Position numbers and translations under genes: made by a program. From an uncultured Gemmatimonadales bacterium (GTDB taxonomy: Bacteria > Gemmatimonadota > Gemmatimonadetes > Gemmatimonadales > GWC2-71-9), in assembly GCA_963771275.1 (NCBI GenBank), contig CAVYSW010000006.1, positions 160,001 to 224,000 of the forward strand: a stretch of DNA of 64,000 nucleotides. Direction: 5' to 3'. Shown piece by piece: positions 27,757-36,878 of the stretch (the stretch's first letter is position 1; each line of letters opens with the position of its first letter). The notes under the pieces were generated by a model. The model was not told the DNA's origin and made no database searches. It saw nothing but the letters and a program-made list of their open reading frames with translations.

Positions 27757-28587
27757 ATGTGGACCTACGTGCTGCGCGCCCTGGTGCTCGCCCTCCTCGT
27801 GTACGGGCTGCTCGTCGTGCTCGGCTGGCGCTATCAGGATCGCCTGGCGTTTCCCGCGCCGCGGACGCGACTCCCGGCGCCGTCGGACGCGGGCCTCCCC
27901 GACGGCCGTCGCGTGGAGGTCCGCACCGCCGACGGCGTGACGCTGCGCGGCTGGTACCTGCCGCCCGTGAGCGGGACGCCGCGTCCGGCACCCGGGCTGC
28001 TCTGGTTCTGCGGCAACATGGAGACCGTGGCCGGCATGGGGCCGCTCGCCGCGGCGTGGCGCCCGCCCGAGGCGGCCCTGCTGTTCCTCGACTACCGCGG
28101 CTACGGCGAGAGCGACGGGCAGCCCACCGAGACCGGCTTGTACCGCGACGGCGAGGCCGCGTGGGCGTTTCTCACCGCGCAACCGGAAGTCGACCCCGCG
28201 CGCGTGGCCGTGTACGGTCGGTCGCTCGGCAGCGCCGTGGCGTTGGAGCTCGCCGCGCGCCATCCGGTCCGCGCCGTCGTGTTGGACAGCCCGTTCTCGA
28301 GCGCCAGCGCGCTCGCCCGCCTGCACTATTGGTTTCTCCCGCCCGGCGTCGTGCGCCTCTCGATGGACAACCTCGCCCGCGCACGCCTGCTCACCGCCCC
28401 GTTGTTCGTCGCGCACGGCACCGAGGACCGCATCGCGCCGATCGCCATGGGACGCGCGGTGGCGGAGGCCGGCCGCGCCGCCACGTTCCTCGCGATTCCG
28501 GACGCGGGCCACAACGACACGTACGACCTGGGCGACGCCCGCTACCGCGACGCGATGACCGCCTTCCTGCGCGACGCCTTCCGGTGA
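27757..28587 (+). CDS. Membrane-anchored alpha/beta hydrolase (ABHD13/Bem46-like)
   Basis: N-terminal transmembrane helix; DYRGYGESDG.PTE.GLY.D, YGRSLG, HGTED and AGHND motifs. Confidence 0.9.
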   Translation: MWTYVLRALVLALLVYGLLVVLGWRYQDRLAFPAPRTRLPAPSDAGLPDGRRVEVRTADGVTLRGWYLPPVSGTPRPAPGLLWFCGNMETVAGMGPLAAAWRPPEAALLFLDYRGYGESDGQPTETGLYRDGEAAWAFLTAQPEVDPARVAVYGRSLGSAVALELAARHPVRAVVLDSPFSSASALARLHYWFLPPGVVRLSMDNLARARLLTAPLFVAHGTEDRIAPIAMGRAVAEAGRAATFLAIPDAGHNDTYDLGDARYRDAMTAFLRDAFR

Positions 28588-28712
28588 CCGCTCCCGACCG
28601 GCCGAACCACCGCCTGGCGGACCGCGTCCGCCTTGAGCAGCGCAGGACACCGCCGTATCCTCATTCGGGGCGTTCACCCGCATTCGTTCCATCTCTCGTC
28701 CAGGATGCCGTC

Positions 28713-30368
28713 ATGCGATTCTCGCTCGTCGCCGCCGCCTTGCTGCTGAGCCCGCTCGGCGCCGCGGCTCAGCAGCCCGCCGACCTCATCATCGTCAATG
28801 CCCGGATCTACACCGCGGATCAGAACCACCCCGTGGTGGCGGCGCTCGCCGTCCGGGGCGACCGGATCGCGTTCGTGGGCAGCCGGCGCGAAGCGGAGGC
28901 CCTCGCCGGCCCGAACACCACGCGCCTCGACCTGGCGGGCAAGACGGTGATTCCCGGCATGGTCGACGCCCACACCCACCTGCTCGGCCTCGGCCAGGCG
29001 CTGCGCATCGTGGACCTCGTGGGCACGGAGTCCTCTGACGCGGTGATTGCCCGGGTCGCGGAACGGGTCAAGACCGCGCGGCCCGGTGAGTGGATCCGCG
29101 GGCGCGGCTGGGATCAGAACGACTGGTCCGACCAGCGGTTCCCGACGCACGAGGCGCTGTCGCGCGCCGTGCCGGACAATCCGGTGTACCTCACGCGCGT
29201 GGACGGCCACGCCGCCCTGGTGAACGCCAAGGCGATGGAGCTGGCGGGCATCACGGCGGCCACCAAGGATCCGCAGGGCGGCCGCCTGATCCGCGACGCC
29301 AAGGGCAACCCCACCGGCGTGCTGGTCGACGCGGCGCAGGGACTGGTCGGGCGCGTCATCCCGGCCGATTCGAAGGACGAGATCAAGGCCGCGACCCTGG
29401 CGGCAATCGCGGAAGCCAACCAGTACGGCCTCACGGGGATCCACGATGCCGGCGTGAGCCCCGACGTGATCGCCAGCTACGAGGAGCTGGCCCGGGCCGG
29501 CCAGTACAACCTGCGGAACTACGTCATGGTCCGGGCCGACGAGCAGACGCTCGCCGGGATCATGCGGCAGGGCCGCCGCCTCGCCGTGGACGACCGGCTC
29601 TGGCTTCGCAGCATCAAGATCGTGGCGGACGGCGCGCTGGGGAGCCGCGGCGCCGCCATGCTGGAGGATTACTCCGACGAGCCGGGCAACCGTGGCCTCA
29701 TCACGACCGACACGGCGGCGTTCCACCGCATCGCCGTCCAGGCGCTGAAGAGCGGGTTCCAGGTCAACGTGCACGCCATCGGGGACCGCGCCAACCGCAT
29801 CGCGCTGGACATCTTCGAGGCCGCGCTCGACGCGGTGCCGACGGCCGATCACCGCTTCCGGGTCGAGCACGCGCAGATCCTCACGTACCAGGACATCCCG
29901 CGGTTCGCCCAGCTCGGCGTGATCCCGTCGATGCAGGGGAGCCACCAGACGAGCGACATGTACTGGGCGATCAACCGCATCGGCTGGAGCCGTGCCGCGG
30001 GCGCCTACGCGTGGCGCTCGCTGCTCAACACCGGCGTGGTGATCCCCAACGGGTCGGACTTCCCGGTGGAATCGCCCAACCCGCTGATCTCGTTCCGTGC
30101 GTTCTTCACGCGGATGGATGCAAACGATTTCCCGCCGGGCGGCTGGTTCCCCGGGCAGCGCACCACGCGCCAGGAGGCGCTGCTCAGCATCACCCTCTGG
30201 CCGGCCTACGCCGCGTTCATGGAGGACGTGAGCGGGTCGCTGACCCCGGGGAAGTACGCCGACTTCGTCGTGCTGGACCGGGACATCATGACGGTCGCCG
30301 AGACGGAAGTGCTCGGCACGCAGGTGCTGGCGACGTACCTGGGCGGGAAGCCGGTCTACCGCCACTGA
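28713..30368 (+). CDS. Secreted amidohydrolase 3 (YtcJ-like)
   Basis: Signal peptide MRFSLVAAALLL..AAA; PGMVDAHTH, RVDGHA, DGALGSRGA, HAIGDRAN, RVEHAQ, GSDFPVE and GKYADFVVLD motifs. Confidence 0.92.
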   Translation: MRFSLVAAALLLSPLGAAAQQPADLIIVNARIYTADQNHPVVAALAVRGDRIAFVGSRREAEALAGPNTTRLDLAGKTVIPGMVDAHTHLLGLGQALRIVDLVGTESSDAVIARVAERVKTARPGEWIRGRGWDQNDWSDQRFPTHEALSRAVPDNPVYLTRVDGHAALVNAKAMELAGITAATKDPQGGRLIRDAKGNPTGVLVDAAQGLVGRVIPADSKDEIKAATLAAIAEANQYGLTGIHDAGVSPDVIASYEELARAGQYNLRNYVMVRADEQTLAGIMRQGRRLAVDDRLWLRSIKIVADGALGSRGAAMLEDYSDEPGNRGLITTDTAAFHRIAVQALKSGFQVNVHAIGDRANRIALDIFEAALDAVPTADHRFRVEHAQILTYQDIPRFAQLGVIPSMQGSHQTSDMYWAINRIGWSRAAGAYAWRSLLNTGVVIPNGSDFPVESPNPLISFRAFFTRMDANDFPPGGWFPGQRTTRQEALLSITLWPAYAAFMEDVSGSLTPGKYADFVVLDRDIMTVAETEVLGTQVLATYLGGKPVYRH

Positions 30369-30444
30369 GCGCGGTTCAACCCCGCGCGCCACCAGCCGCC
30401 GTGCGCCGGCAGCGGCGCGGCAGGAGGTTTTTCCGTCCGGAGCC

Positions 30445-31281
30445 ATGAGCACGATCGAGTTCAGTCTGTGGACGGCGGTGGGGTCCTTCATCGCCGGGTT
30501 CATCGGCTCCCTCACGGGACTCGGCGGTGGGGTCGTGATCGTGCCCATGCTCACCCTGGTATTCCACGTCGACATCCGCTATGCGATCGGCGCGTCCCTG
30601 GTGGCGGTGATCGCCACGTCCTCCGGCGCCGCCGCGGCGTTCGTCAGGGAGGGATACACCAATCTGCGGATCGGCATGTTCCTGGAGATCGCCACCACGT
30701 TCGGCGCGCTGGGGGGGGCGGCCCTGGCCGGGTGGATCTCGCCATCCATCGTCGGTCTGATCTTCGGGCTGGTGCTGGTCTATTCCGCCTTCATGGCGGC
30801 CCGACCGCAGCCGCACGACCGCACCGCGGGCGAGGCTGAGCGTCTCGCGACGGTCTTGCAGCTGGACTCGTCGTTTCCCGCTCCCGAAGGCACCCGGGAC
30901 TACCACGTGCGCGCGGTCCCGTTCGGGTTCGGGATGATGTTCCTGGCCGGCACGATCTCCGGGCTGCTCGGGATCGGCTCGGGCGCCTTCAAGGTCGTCG
31001 CGATGGATCAGGTGATGCGCATCCCGTTCAAGGTCTCGACGACCACGAGCAACTTCATGATCGGGGTGACCGCCGCCGCCAGCGCGGGCGTGTACCTCAA
31101 CCGGGGCTACATCGACCCCGGCATGGCGGCGCCCATCATGCTGGGCGTCCTCGCCGGGTCGCTCGTGGGCGCCCGGCTGCTCTCCAAGGCCGCCACCGGC
31201 ATGCTGCGCGTGCTGTTCGCGATCGTGATCCTGGTGCTGGCCATCGAGATGATCTACAGCGCGGTCGCGGGGAGGCTGTGA
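30445..31281 (+). CDS. Sulfite exporter TauE/SafE family protein
   Basis: GSLTGLGGGVVIVP, SGLLGIGSG and STTTSNFMIGVTAA motifs. Confidence 0.9.
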   Translation: MSTIEFSLWTAVGSFIAGFIGSLTGLGGGVVIVPMLTLVFHVDIRYAIGASLVAVIATSSGAAAAFVREGYTNLRIGMFLEIATTFGALGGAALAGWISPSIVGLIFGLVLVYSAFMAARPQPHDRTAGEAERLATVLQLDSSFPAPEGTRDYHVRAVPFGFGMMFLAGTISGLLGIGSGAFKVVAMDQVMRIPFKVSTTTSNFMIGVTAAASAGVYLNRGYIDPGMAAPIMLGVLAGSLVGARLLSKAATGMLRVLFAIVILVLAIEMIYSAVAGRL

Positions 31282-31285
31282 GCCG

Positions 31286-31675
31286 GTGTTCAGACGCCTG
31301 AAGGAATGCGGCGAGCTCCAGATGGAAGTGTATCTGGCGCGCCTCCTCCGGATCGGGGTGATCGTGGCGGGGGCCGTCGTGGCGGTCGGCCTGGGCCTGT
31401 TCCTGTACCGACACGGCTCTGCGGTGCCAGACTACCGGGTCTTCAAGGGTGAACCCGCCGACCTCCGCAGCATCACGGCCATCGTGCACGAAGCGCTGGA
31501 CTTCAGGCGGCGCGGCGTGATGCAGCTGGGCCTGCTGCTGATGATCGCGACACCGGTGGCACGGGTGGCGTTCTCCGTGCTCGCCTTCGTCTGCCAGCGC
31601 GACCGGGTCTATGTGCTGGTCACGCTCATCGTGCTGGGCGCGCTGCTCTACAGCATGGCCGGCGGCCTGCCGTAG
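31286..31675 (+). CDS. DUF1634-like small membrane protein
   Basis: LARLLRIGV and QLGLLLMIATPVARV..RDRVY; this family typically follows TauE genes. Confidence 0.8.
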   Translation: MFRRLKECGELQMEVYLARLLRIGVIVAGAVVAVGLGLFLYRHGSAVPDYRVFKGEPADLRSITAIVHEALDFRRRGVMQLGLLLMIATPVARVAFSVLAFVCQRDRVYVLVTLIVLGALLYSMAGGLP

Positions 31676-31828
31676 GGCGCGGCCTGCCGTCGCCTGGGGT
31701 CACTCCACACCAGGTGCCTGGCCGCAGGTCCCGGAGGACGCGTCGGTGAGCGGCGAGCGCCCTACCGACCCGCCTCCCGTGCGCATTGCGGCGATCGAAG
31801 TCCCCCGCGGGACGTGTCCGGCGGTTTT

Positions 31829-33037
31829 CTACCGGCGCTCGAACACCCCGTCCCGGCTGCGTTCCACCTGCCAGGCGAGCACGGCCGCCAGGCCGACGAC
31901 GCCCGCCGCGACGAAGAACGGCACGCCCGTGCCGAGTGCCTGAAACGCCGCCGTCGCCCCGATCGGCGCGACCACGCGGGCGACCCCGCCGAACGTCTGC
32001 TGCACGCCGAGCACCTGGCCGCGCTCGGTTTCCGGCGCGTGGTGCGTCAGCAGCGCGGTCGTGGCGGGGAACAGCAGCGCGGTCCCCATCGGCACGAGCG
32101 CGAGCGCCAGGGCCAGCAGCGGCAGCGCGTGCGGCAGCGGGATCAGCACGAGTCCGAGCGCGAGCAGCGCGCCCCCGATCCGCATCACGCCGGTCTCGCC
32201 GAACCGGTCGATCATCCAGCCGAGGATCACGGCCCGCATCACGACCGACAGTCCGCCCGTGAACACGAACACGAGCCCGATCGTCTTCTCGGTGAATCCG
32301 AACTCGGCGCGCAGGTAGAGCGCGAGCACCCCCGTCATCGCCGTGAATCCCAGCATGCCGACCGCGTAGATCCACACGAACCGCGGGATCGGGCTGCGCG
32401 GCTTGCGCAGCACCTCCCATACGGCGCCGCGGATCGACCGGGGACGCGCCGGGCCCAGCGGCGCGGCGCCCGGCTGCCGGGACGGGGACGTCTCGGGGAG
32501 CCAGCGCCACGCGAACGCAACGTTCAGGAAGCACAGGGCGCCCGCGATCAGACCCGGTGCGGCATGCCCCAGGTTGATCGTGAGCGAGCCGATCGCCGGA
32601 CCGATCATCACCCCGGCCGACGTGGCGGCCGAGAGCCAGCCCAGGGCTTTCGCCCGATTCTTGGACTCGATCGCGTCGCCGATATAGGCCTGCGCGACCC
32701 CCGTTGTGCCGCCGCCGCCGCCCTGGATGATGCGGGAGAGGAACAGCATCCACATCGAGACGGCGAAGCCGAACACCACGAATGCGACGCCCGATGCGGC
32801 GAGCCCCACCATCAGGGCGGGACGGCGCCCGAACCGGTCGGAGATCCGGCCCCACAGCGGCGCCGAGGCGAGCTGGGCGATCGAGAAGCTCGCGATCATC
32901 CAGCCGATGACCCATTCCGGCGCATGCAGCCGCAGCGCGTAGAACGGCAGCAGCGGGAAGATCATCGCGAAGCCCAGCATGTCCACGAACCCGATGCCGA
33001 TGAGGACCGAGACCTTCTTCATCGCGGGGTCCCTCAT
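31829..33037 (-). CDS. MFS transporter (TetA/DHA1-like)
   Basis: DMLGFAMIFPLLPFYA, motif A GRISDRFGRRP, SRIIQG and GPAIG. ATGA overlap with the upstream permease. Confidence 0.92.
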   Translation of the reverse strand: MRDPAMKKVSVLIGIGFVDMLGFAMIFPLLPFYALRLHAPEWVIGWMIASFSIAQLASAPLWGRISDRFGRRPALMVGLAASGVAFVVFGFAVSMWMLFLSRIIQGGGGGTTGVAQAYIGDAIESKNRAKALGWLSAATSAGVMIGPAIGSLTINLGHAAPGLIAGALCFLNVAFAWRWLPETSPSRQPGAAPLGPARPRSIRGAVWEVLRKPRSPIPRFVWIYAVGMLGFTAMTGVLALYLRAEFGFTEKTIGLVFVFTGGLSVVMRAVILGWMIDRFGETGVMRIGGALLALGLVLIPLPHALPLLALALALVPMGTALLFPATTALLTHHAPETERGQVLGVQQTFGGVARVVAPIGATAAFQALGTGVPFFVAAGVVGLAAVLAWQVERSRDGVFERR

Positions 33038-34668
33038 CGTCGCGTTCCCACCGCCATGGCGGCGGCGGAGATGCCCATCAGCACCACCCCATAGGCCGCG
33101 GCGACCCCGACGTCGAACTGGCGCAGCGCGCCGAGGATCTCGATCGCGATCGGCCGCGTCTCGAACGTGTAGAGCACGACCGAGGTCACGAAATCCCCCA
33201 GCGCCGTGGCGAAGGCGAGCGCGCCGCCGGCGAGCAGCGCCGGCCGGAGCAGGGGGATCGTGACGCGGGCAATCCGCCGGAGCCGGCCCGCGCCGAGCGA
33301 CGCGGCGGCCTCGTCCAGGCTCGGGTCCAGCTGCCGGAACCCGGCGAGCACGGAGCCCGCGGCGATCGGCAGGTTCCGGATCACATAGGCGAGCGGCAGG
33401 ATGACTGCCGTGCCAACCAGCACCCAGCGTCCGATCCACGGCTGGCGCGCGCTGAACGCGGTGGCGAGCGCGATGGCGAGCACCGTCCCCGGCACCGCCC
33501 ACGGCAGCGTCGTGAGCGCTTCGACCGCGCGCGCGAGCGAGGCCCGGCGCTGCACGACGACGCGGCCAGCCCAGAGGGCCAGGCCCAGCGCGCCGGCGGT
33601 GGCCGCCGCCGCCATCCACAGCGAGTTGAGCAGCGGCCGCAGCCGCTCCGGCTCCCGCAGCAACGCCGTGTAGTTCCCCAGCGTGTAGGCGGGCGGCAGC
33701 AGCTCCGTCGTCCAGGTCCCCAGCGGTACGAGGGAGACGACCAGCAGGGTGACGTGCGGCAGCAGCAGGACGATCGCCAGCGCCCATCCCAGCGCCGTGG
33801 CGACGCCCCGGGCCAGCGGCCGGTGCAGCGCCTGCGCGCCGGGGGCCGTGCCCTTGGCGAGCACCGCCACCGAGCGCGTGCCCTGCGTGCGGCGCATCAG
33901 CACGAGCCCGACGAGCGCCACGGCCGCCAGCGCCACCGTCTGGACCATCGCGAGCCCCAGATCACCGTTCAGCTTGGTGGTGACGATCTGCGTCGTCATC
34001 ACGCGGAAGCCGCCCCCGAACACGTACGGCGCGCTGAACGAGCCCAGCGACGTCATGAACGTGAGCAGCGCCGCGCCGGCGATCTGCGGCCGGAGCAGCG
34101 GCAGCGTCACGCGCCGGAGGATCGACCACCGTCCCGCACCGAGCGATTCCGCGGCCTCGACCATCGCGCGATCCACCCGCGCGAGCCCGGCCCGCGTGAA
34201 CAAGTAGAAGTACACGTACATCGAGTACGCGTGCACCAGGAGGATCGCCCCCGCGCCCTGGAGGCGCCACGGCGGCCCTGCGAGCCCGAAAACCCGCGTC
34301 ACGAGCCGCGGGATAAACCCGCTCTCCCCGTAGAGGAACAGGAACGCGATCACGCCGACGAGCGGTGGCAGCACGGCCGGGAGGGCCACGAGCCCGCCGA
34401 GCAGCCGCCGGCCCGGGAACGCGATCCGCTCGAACACGAACGCGAGCGGCACGCCGACCGCGCCGGCCAGGAGCACACTCGCGAGCGAGATCCACACGCT
34501 GCCCCACAGCGCCTGCCATTGCGTCGGCTCCCGCGCGAACGCCGCGATGTGCGAGAGCGTCCAGCCGGTCCCGCCGCGCAGCGCGTCCACCAGCACGAGC
34601 GCCAGCGGGTAGGCAACCAGCCAGACGAGCACCAGCGTGAGCAGCACGCCGCGCGGCCGGCGCGTCAT
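33034..34668 (-). CDS. FbpB/AfuB-type ABC permease (two BPD_transp_1 domains)
   Basis: Two EAA loops (EAAESLGA, EAAASLGA) and LPPLVG motif. Confidence 0.9.
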   Translation of the reverse strand: MTRRPRGVLLTLVLVWLVAYPLALVLVDALRGGTGWTLSHIAAFAREPTQWQALWGSVWISLASVLLAGAVGVPLAFVFERIAFPGRRLLGGLVALPAVLPPLVGVIAFLFLYGESGFIPRLVTRVFGLAGPPWRLQGAGAILLVHAYSMYVYFYLFTRAGLARVDRAMVEAAESLGAGRWSILRRVTLPLLRPQIAGAALLTFMTSLGSFSAPYVFGGGFRVMTTQIVTTKLNGDLGLAMVQTVALAAVALVGLVLMRRTQGTRSVAVLAKGTAPGAQALHRPLARGVATALGWALAIVLLLPHVTLLVVSLVPLGTWTTELLPPAYTLGNYTALLREPERLRPLLNSLWMAAAATAGALGLALWAGRVVVQRRASLARAVEALTTLPWAVPGTVLAIALATAFSARQPWIGRWVLVGTAVILPLAYVIRNLPIAAGSVLAGFRQLDPSLDEAAASLGAGRLRRIARVTIPLLRPALLAGGALAFATALGDFVTSVVLYTFETRPIAIEILGALRQFDVGVAAAYGVVLMGISAAAMAVGTRR

Positions 34669-35693
34669 ACGGGCGCCGCCGGAAACGCGTGCGCGAACAC
34701 GGCGGTCACCGACACCGCGTCCCCCGGGCGCGCCACGTCCACGGGGGCTTCCACTTCGACCACCCCGGCTGCGGTCCCGACCTGGAACAGCGCCTTGCCC
34801 CCGAGATAGCGCACGTCCTGCACCCGGCCGGCGAGGCCGCCGTCGGTCACGAACCGCAGCGATTCCGGCCGCACCACTACCGCGACGGCCTGCCCGGCCG
34901 CCGTCCCTCCGGGCGCGCGCACCGGCCACGGGGCGCCATCGACCACACGCGCATGTCCCCCGTCGTGCATCACGCCGGGCAGCACGGCGCCGCGCCCCAC
35001 GAACGTCGCGACGAACAGCGTGGCCGGTCGCTCGTAGAGGTCCGGGCCCGTGCCGACCTGCTCGAGCCGGCCGTCCCGCAGCACGGCGACGAGATCACCG
35101 AGGGCGAATGCCTCCTCCTGCTCGTGCGTCACCAGCACCGTCGTGATGCCGACCTTGGTGAGCGCGGTCCGCAGCTCGCGCCGCGTGCGCTCGCGCAGCG
35201 ACGGATCGAGATTCGAGAGCGGCTCGTCGAGCAGCAGCAGCCGCGGCTCGGGCGCCAGCGCGCGGGCCAGCGCCACGCGCTGCTGCTGCCCGCCCGACAG
35301 CGCGTCGATCGTGCGGTGCTCGAACCCGGCGAGGTCCACCAGCCCGAGCAGCGCCCGCACGCGCTCCAGCCGGTCGGGCCGGGCGTGAATCCCGAAGGCA
35401 ACGTTCTCGCCGACCGTGAGGTGGGGAAACAGCGCGTAGTGCTGGAACACCATCCCGAAGCGGCGCGCCGCCGGCGCGAGCCGCGTGATGTCGCGCCCCT
35501 CGAGCAGCACCGCGCCGGCGTCGGGCTCCTCGAAGCCCGCGAGGATCCTGAGCGTCGTGGTCTTGCCGCTGCCGCTCGGACCGAGCAGGGCGAGCACGCT
35601 GCCGCGCGGCACCGTGAGCGAGAGGTCCCGCACGGCCGCGTGCCCCGTGAAGTGCTTGGTGACGCCCTCGAGCTCGAGGAACCGCTCGGCCAT
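34665..35693 (-). CDS. FbpC/PotA-type ABC ATPase with TOBE domain
   Basis: GPSGSGKTT, VFQHYALFPH, LSGGQQQRVALAR, DEPLSNLD and VTHEQEEA motifs. Confidence 0.94.
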   Translation of the reverse strand: MAERFLELEGVTKHFTGHAAVRDLSLTVPRGSVLALLGPSGSGKTTTLRILAGFEEPDAGAVLLEGRDITRLAPAARRFGMVFQHYALFPHLTVGENVAFGIHARPDRLERVRALLGLVDLAGFEHRTIDALSGGQQQRVALARALAPEPRLLLLDEPLSNLDPSLRERTRRELRTALTKVGITTVLVTHEQEEAFALGDLVAVLRDGRLEQVGTGPDLYERPATLFVATFVGRGAVLPGVMHDGGHARVVDGAPWPVRAPGGTAAGQAVAVVVRPESLRFVTDGGLAGRVQDVRYLGGKALFQVGTAAGVVEVEAPVDVARPGDAVSVTAVFAHAFPAAPV

Positions 35694-36871
35694 CAGCGCG
35701 CCGTCCCGCGGCCGCGCACGGTCCGGTCCCAGTAGCTCATCCACTGATCCCCGTGCTCGCCCAGCGCGGCCCAGTCCATCGGCTCGACCACCAGGCGGCT
35801 CCGCACGTCCCGCGCCCAGTCGGGCAGCGAGTCCGCGGGAAGGTCGAGCCGCGCGGGCAGCCGGAACGCCTCCCGCGTGGCGAGGAGCTGGGCCGCCGGC
35901 GACCCGACCCAGTCGATGAACAGCCGCGCAGCCACGGCGTGCCGCGCACCCCGGACCAGCGCGATGGCGTCCTCGATCACGGGCGTGCCGCTCGTCGGCA
36001 GCGTGAATCCCAGCGGCTGCCCCTTGGCCCGCGCCACGAGAATGTCCGGCAGGTCCCACAGCGAGATGAGCCCTTCCCGTCGCACCAGCTTCTGATCCAT
36101 CAGCACGGGGTTGAGCACGTACTCCCGCGTCTGGGCGTCGAGCCGCCGCAGCCAGCCGAACCCCGCCGCGGTGTCGCCCGTTTGCGTGAGGCCGCGCAGC
36201 ACCACCATGCCGAAGATCGCGCGCATCGTGCCCGACGCGATCGGGTCGCGGATCAGCACCTGGCCCCGCCAGCGCGGGGCCAGCACGTCGTCCCAGTCGC
36301 GCGGCGCCTGGTCCGCCGGGATTGCCGCGGAATTGTAGGTGATCACGGCGGGCGTCTCGTACGCCGCGAAGTACAGATCGCCCGCCCCGCGACCGCGTGC
36401 CGCCACGTCGTCGGCCCAGCTGGGCCGGTACGGCGCGAGCAGCGATTCCGCCGCGGCGCGCTGGAACAGGATCGCCGGGCCGCCGAACCACACGTCCGCC
36501 TGGGGATTGACCCGCTCCGAGCGGATCCGGTCGAGCGCTTCCTGCGATCCCATGTCCAGCCAGCGGACGTCAACGTCGGGATGCAGCGTCTCGAAGGTCC
36601 GTTCGGCGAGGCCGAGCAGGTCCGGTCCGTGCGGCGAGTAGATCACCAGCGGCGTCCGCCCCGGGCCGCCGCACGCCGCGCCCGCGCCTGCCAGGACGAT
36701 CCCGGCGATCAGCCGGACCGATCGACCAACGGGGCGTAGACCAGCCGATACCGCAGCGATCGCAGAGCACGCAGAGCTGTTGTGTGCCCTGTCGTGCTCC
36801 AGCGTGTCCTCGGCGCCCTCGCGCGACGCTCCTCTCTGCGTGCTCGGCGGTCTCTGCGGTGCGTACGTCAC
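35693..36871 (-). CDS. FbpA/AfuA-type ABC substrate-binding lipoprotein; start uncertain
   Basis: Lipobox AAC, IYSPHG, ERVNPQADVWFGG and DPIASGT motifs. The nearest in-frame ATG/GTG/TTG upstream of the lipobox is GTG at 36871. Confidence 0.85.
   Translation of the reverse strand: MTYAPQRPPSTQRGASREGAEDTLEHDRAHNSSACSAIAAVSAGLRPVGRSVRLIAGIVLAGAGAACGGPGRTPLVIYSPHGPDLLGLAERTFETLHPDVDVRWLDMGSQEALDRIRSERVNPQADVWFGGPAILFQRAAAESLLAPYRPSWADDVAARGRGAGDLYFAAYETPAVITYNSAAIPADQAPRDWDDVLAPRWRGQVLIRDPIASGTMRAIFGMVVLRGLTQTGDTAAGFGWLRRLDAQTREYVLNPVLMDQKLVRREGLISLWDLPDILVARAKGQPLGFTLPTSGTPVIEDAIALVRGARHAVAARLFIDWVGSPAAQLLATREAFRLPARLDLPADSLPDWARDVRSRLVVEPMDWAALGEHGDQWMSYWDRTVRGRGTAR
36750..36861. repeat. Palindromic ACCGCAGAG-family element, copy 2, inside the SBP reading frame
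   Basis: accgcagcgatcgcagagcacgcagagc ... ctctctgcgtgctcggcggtctctgcggtg. Confidence 0.85.
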
Positions 36872-36878
36872 GATCAGG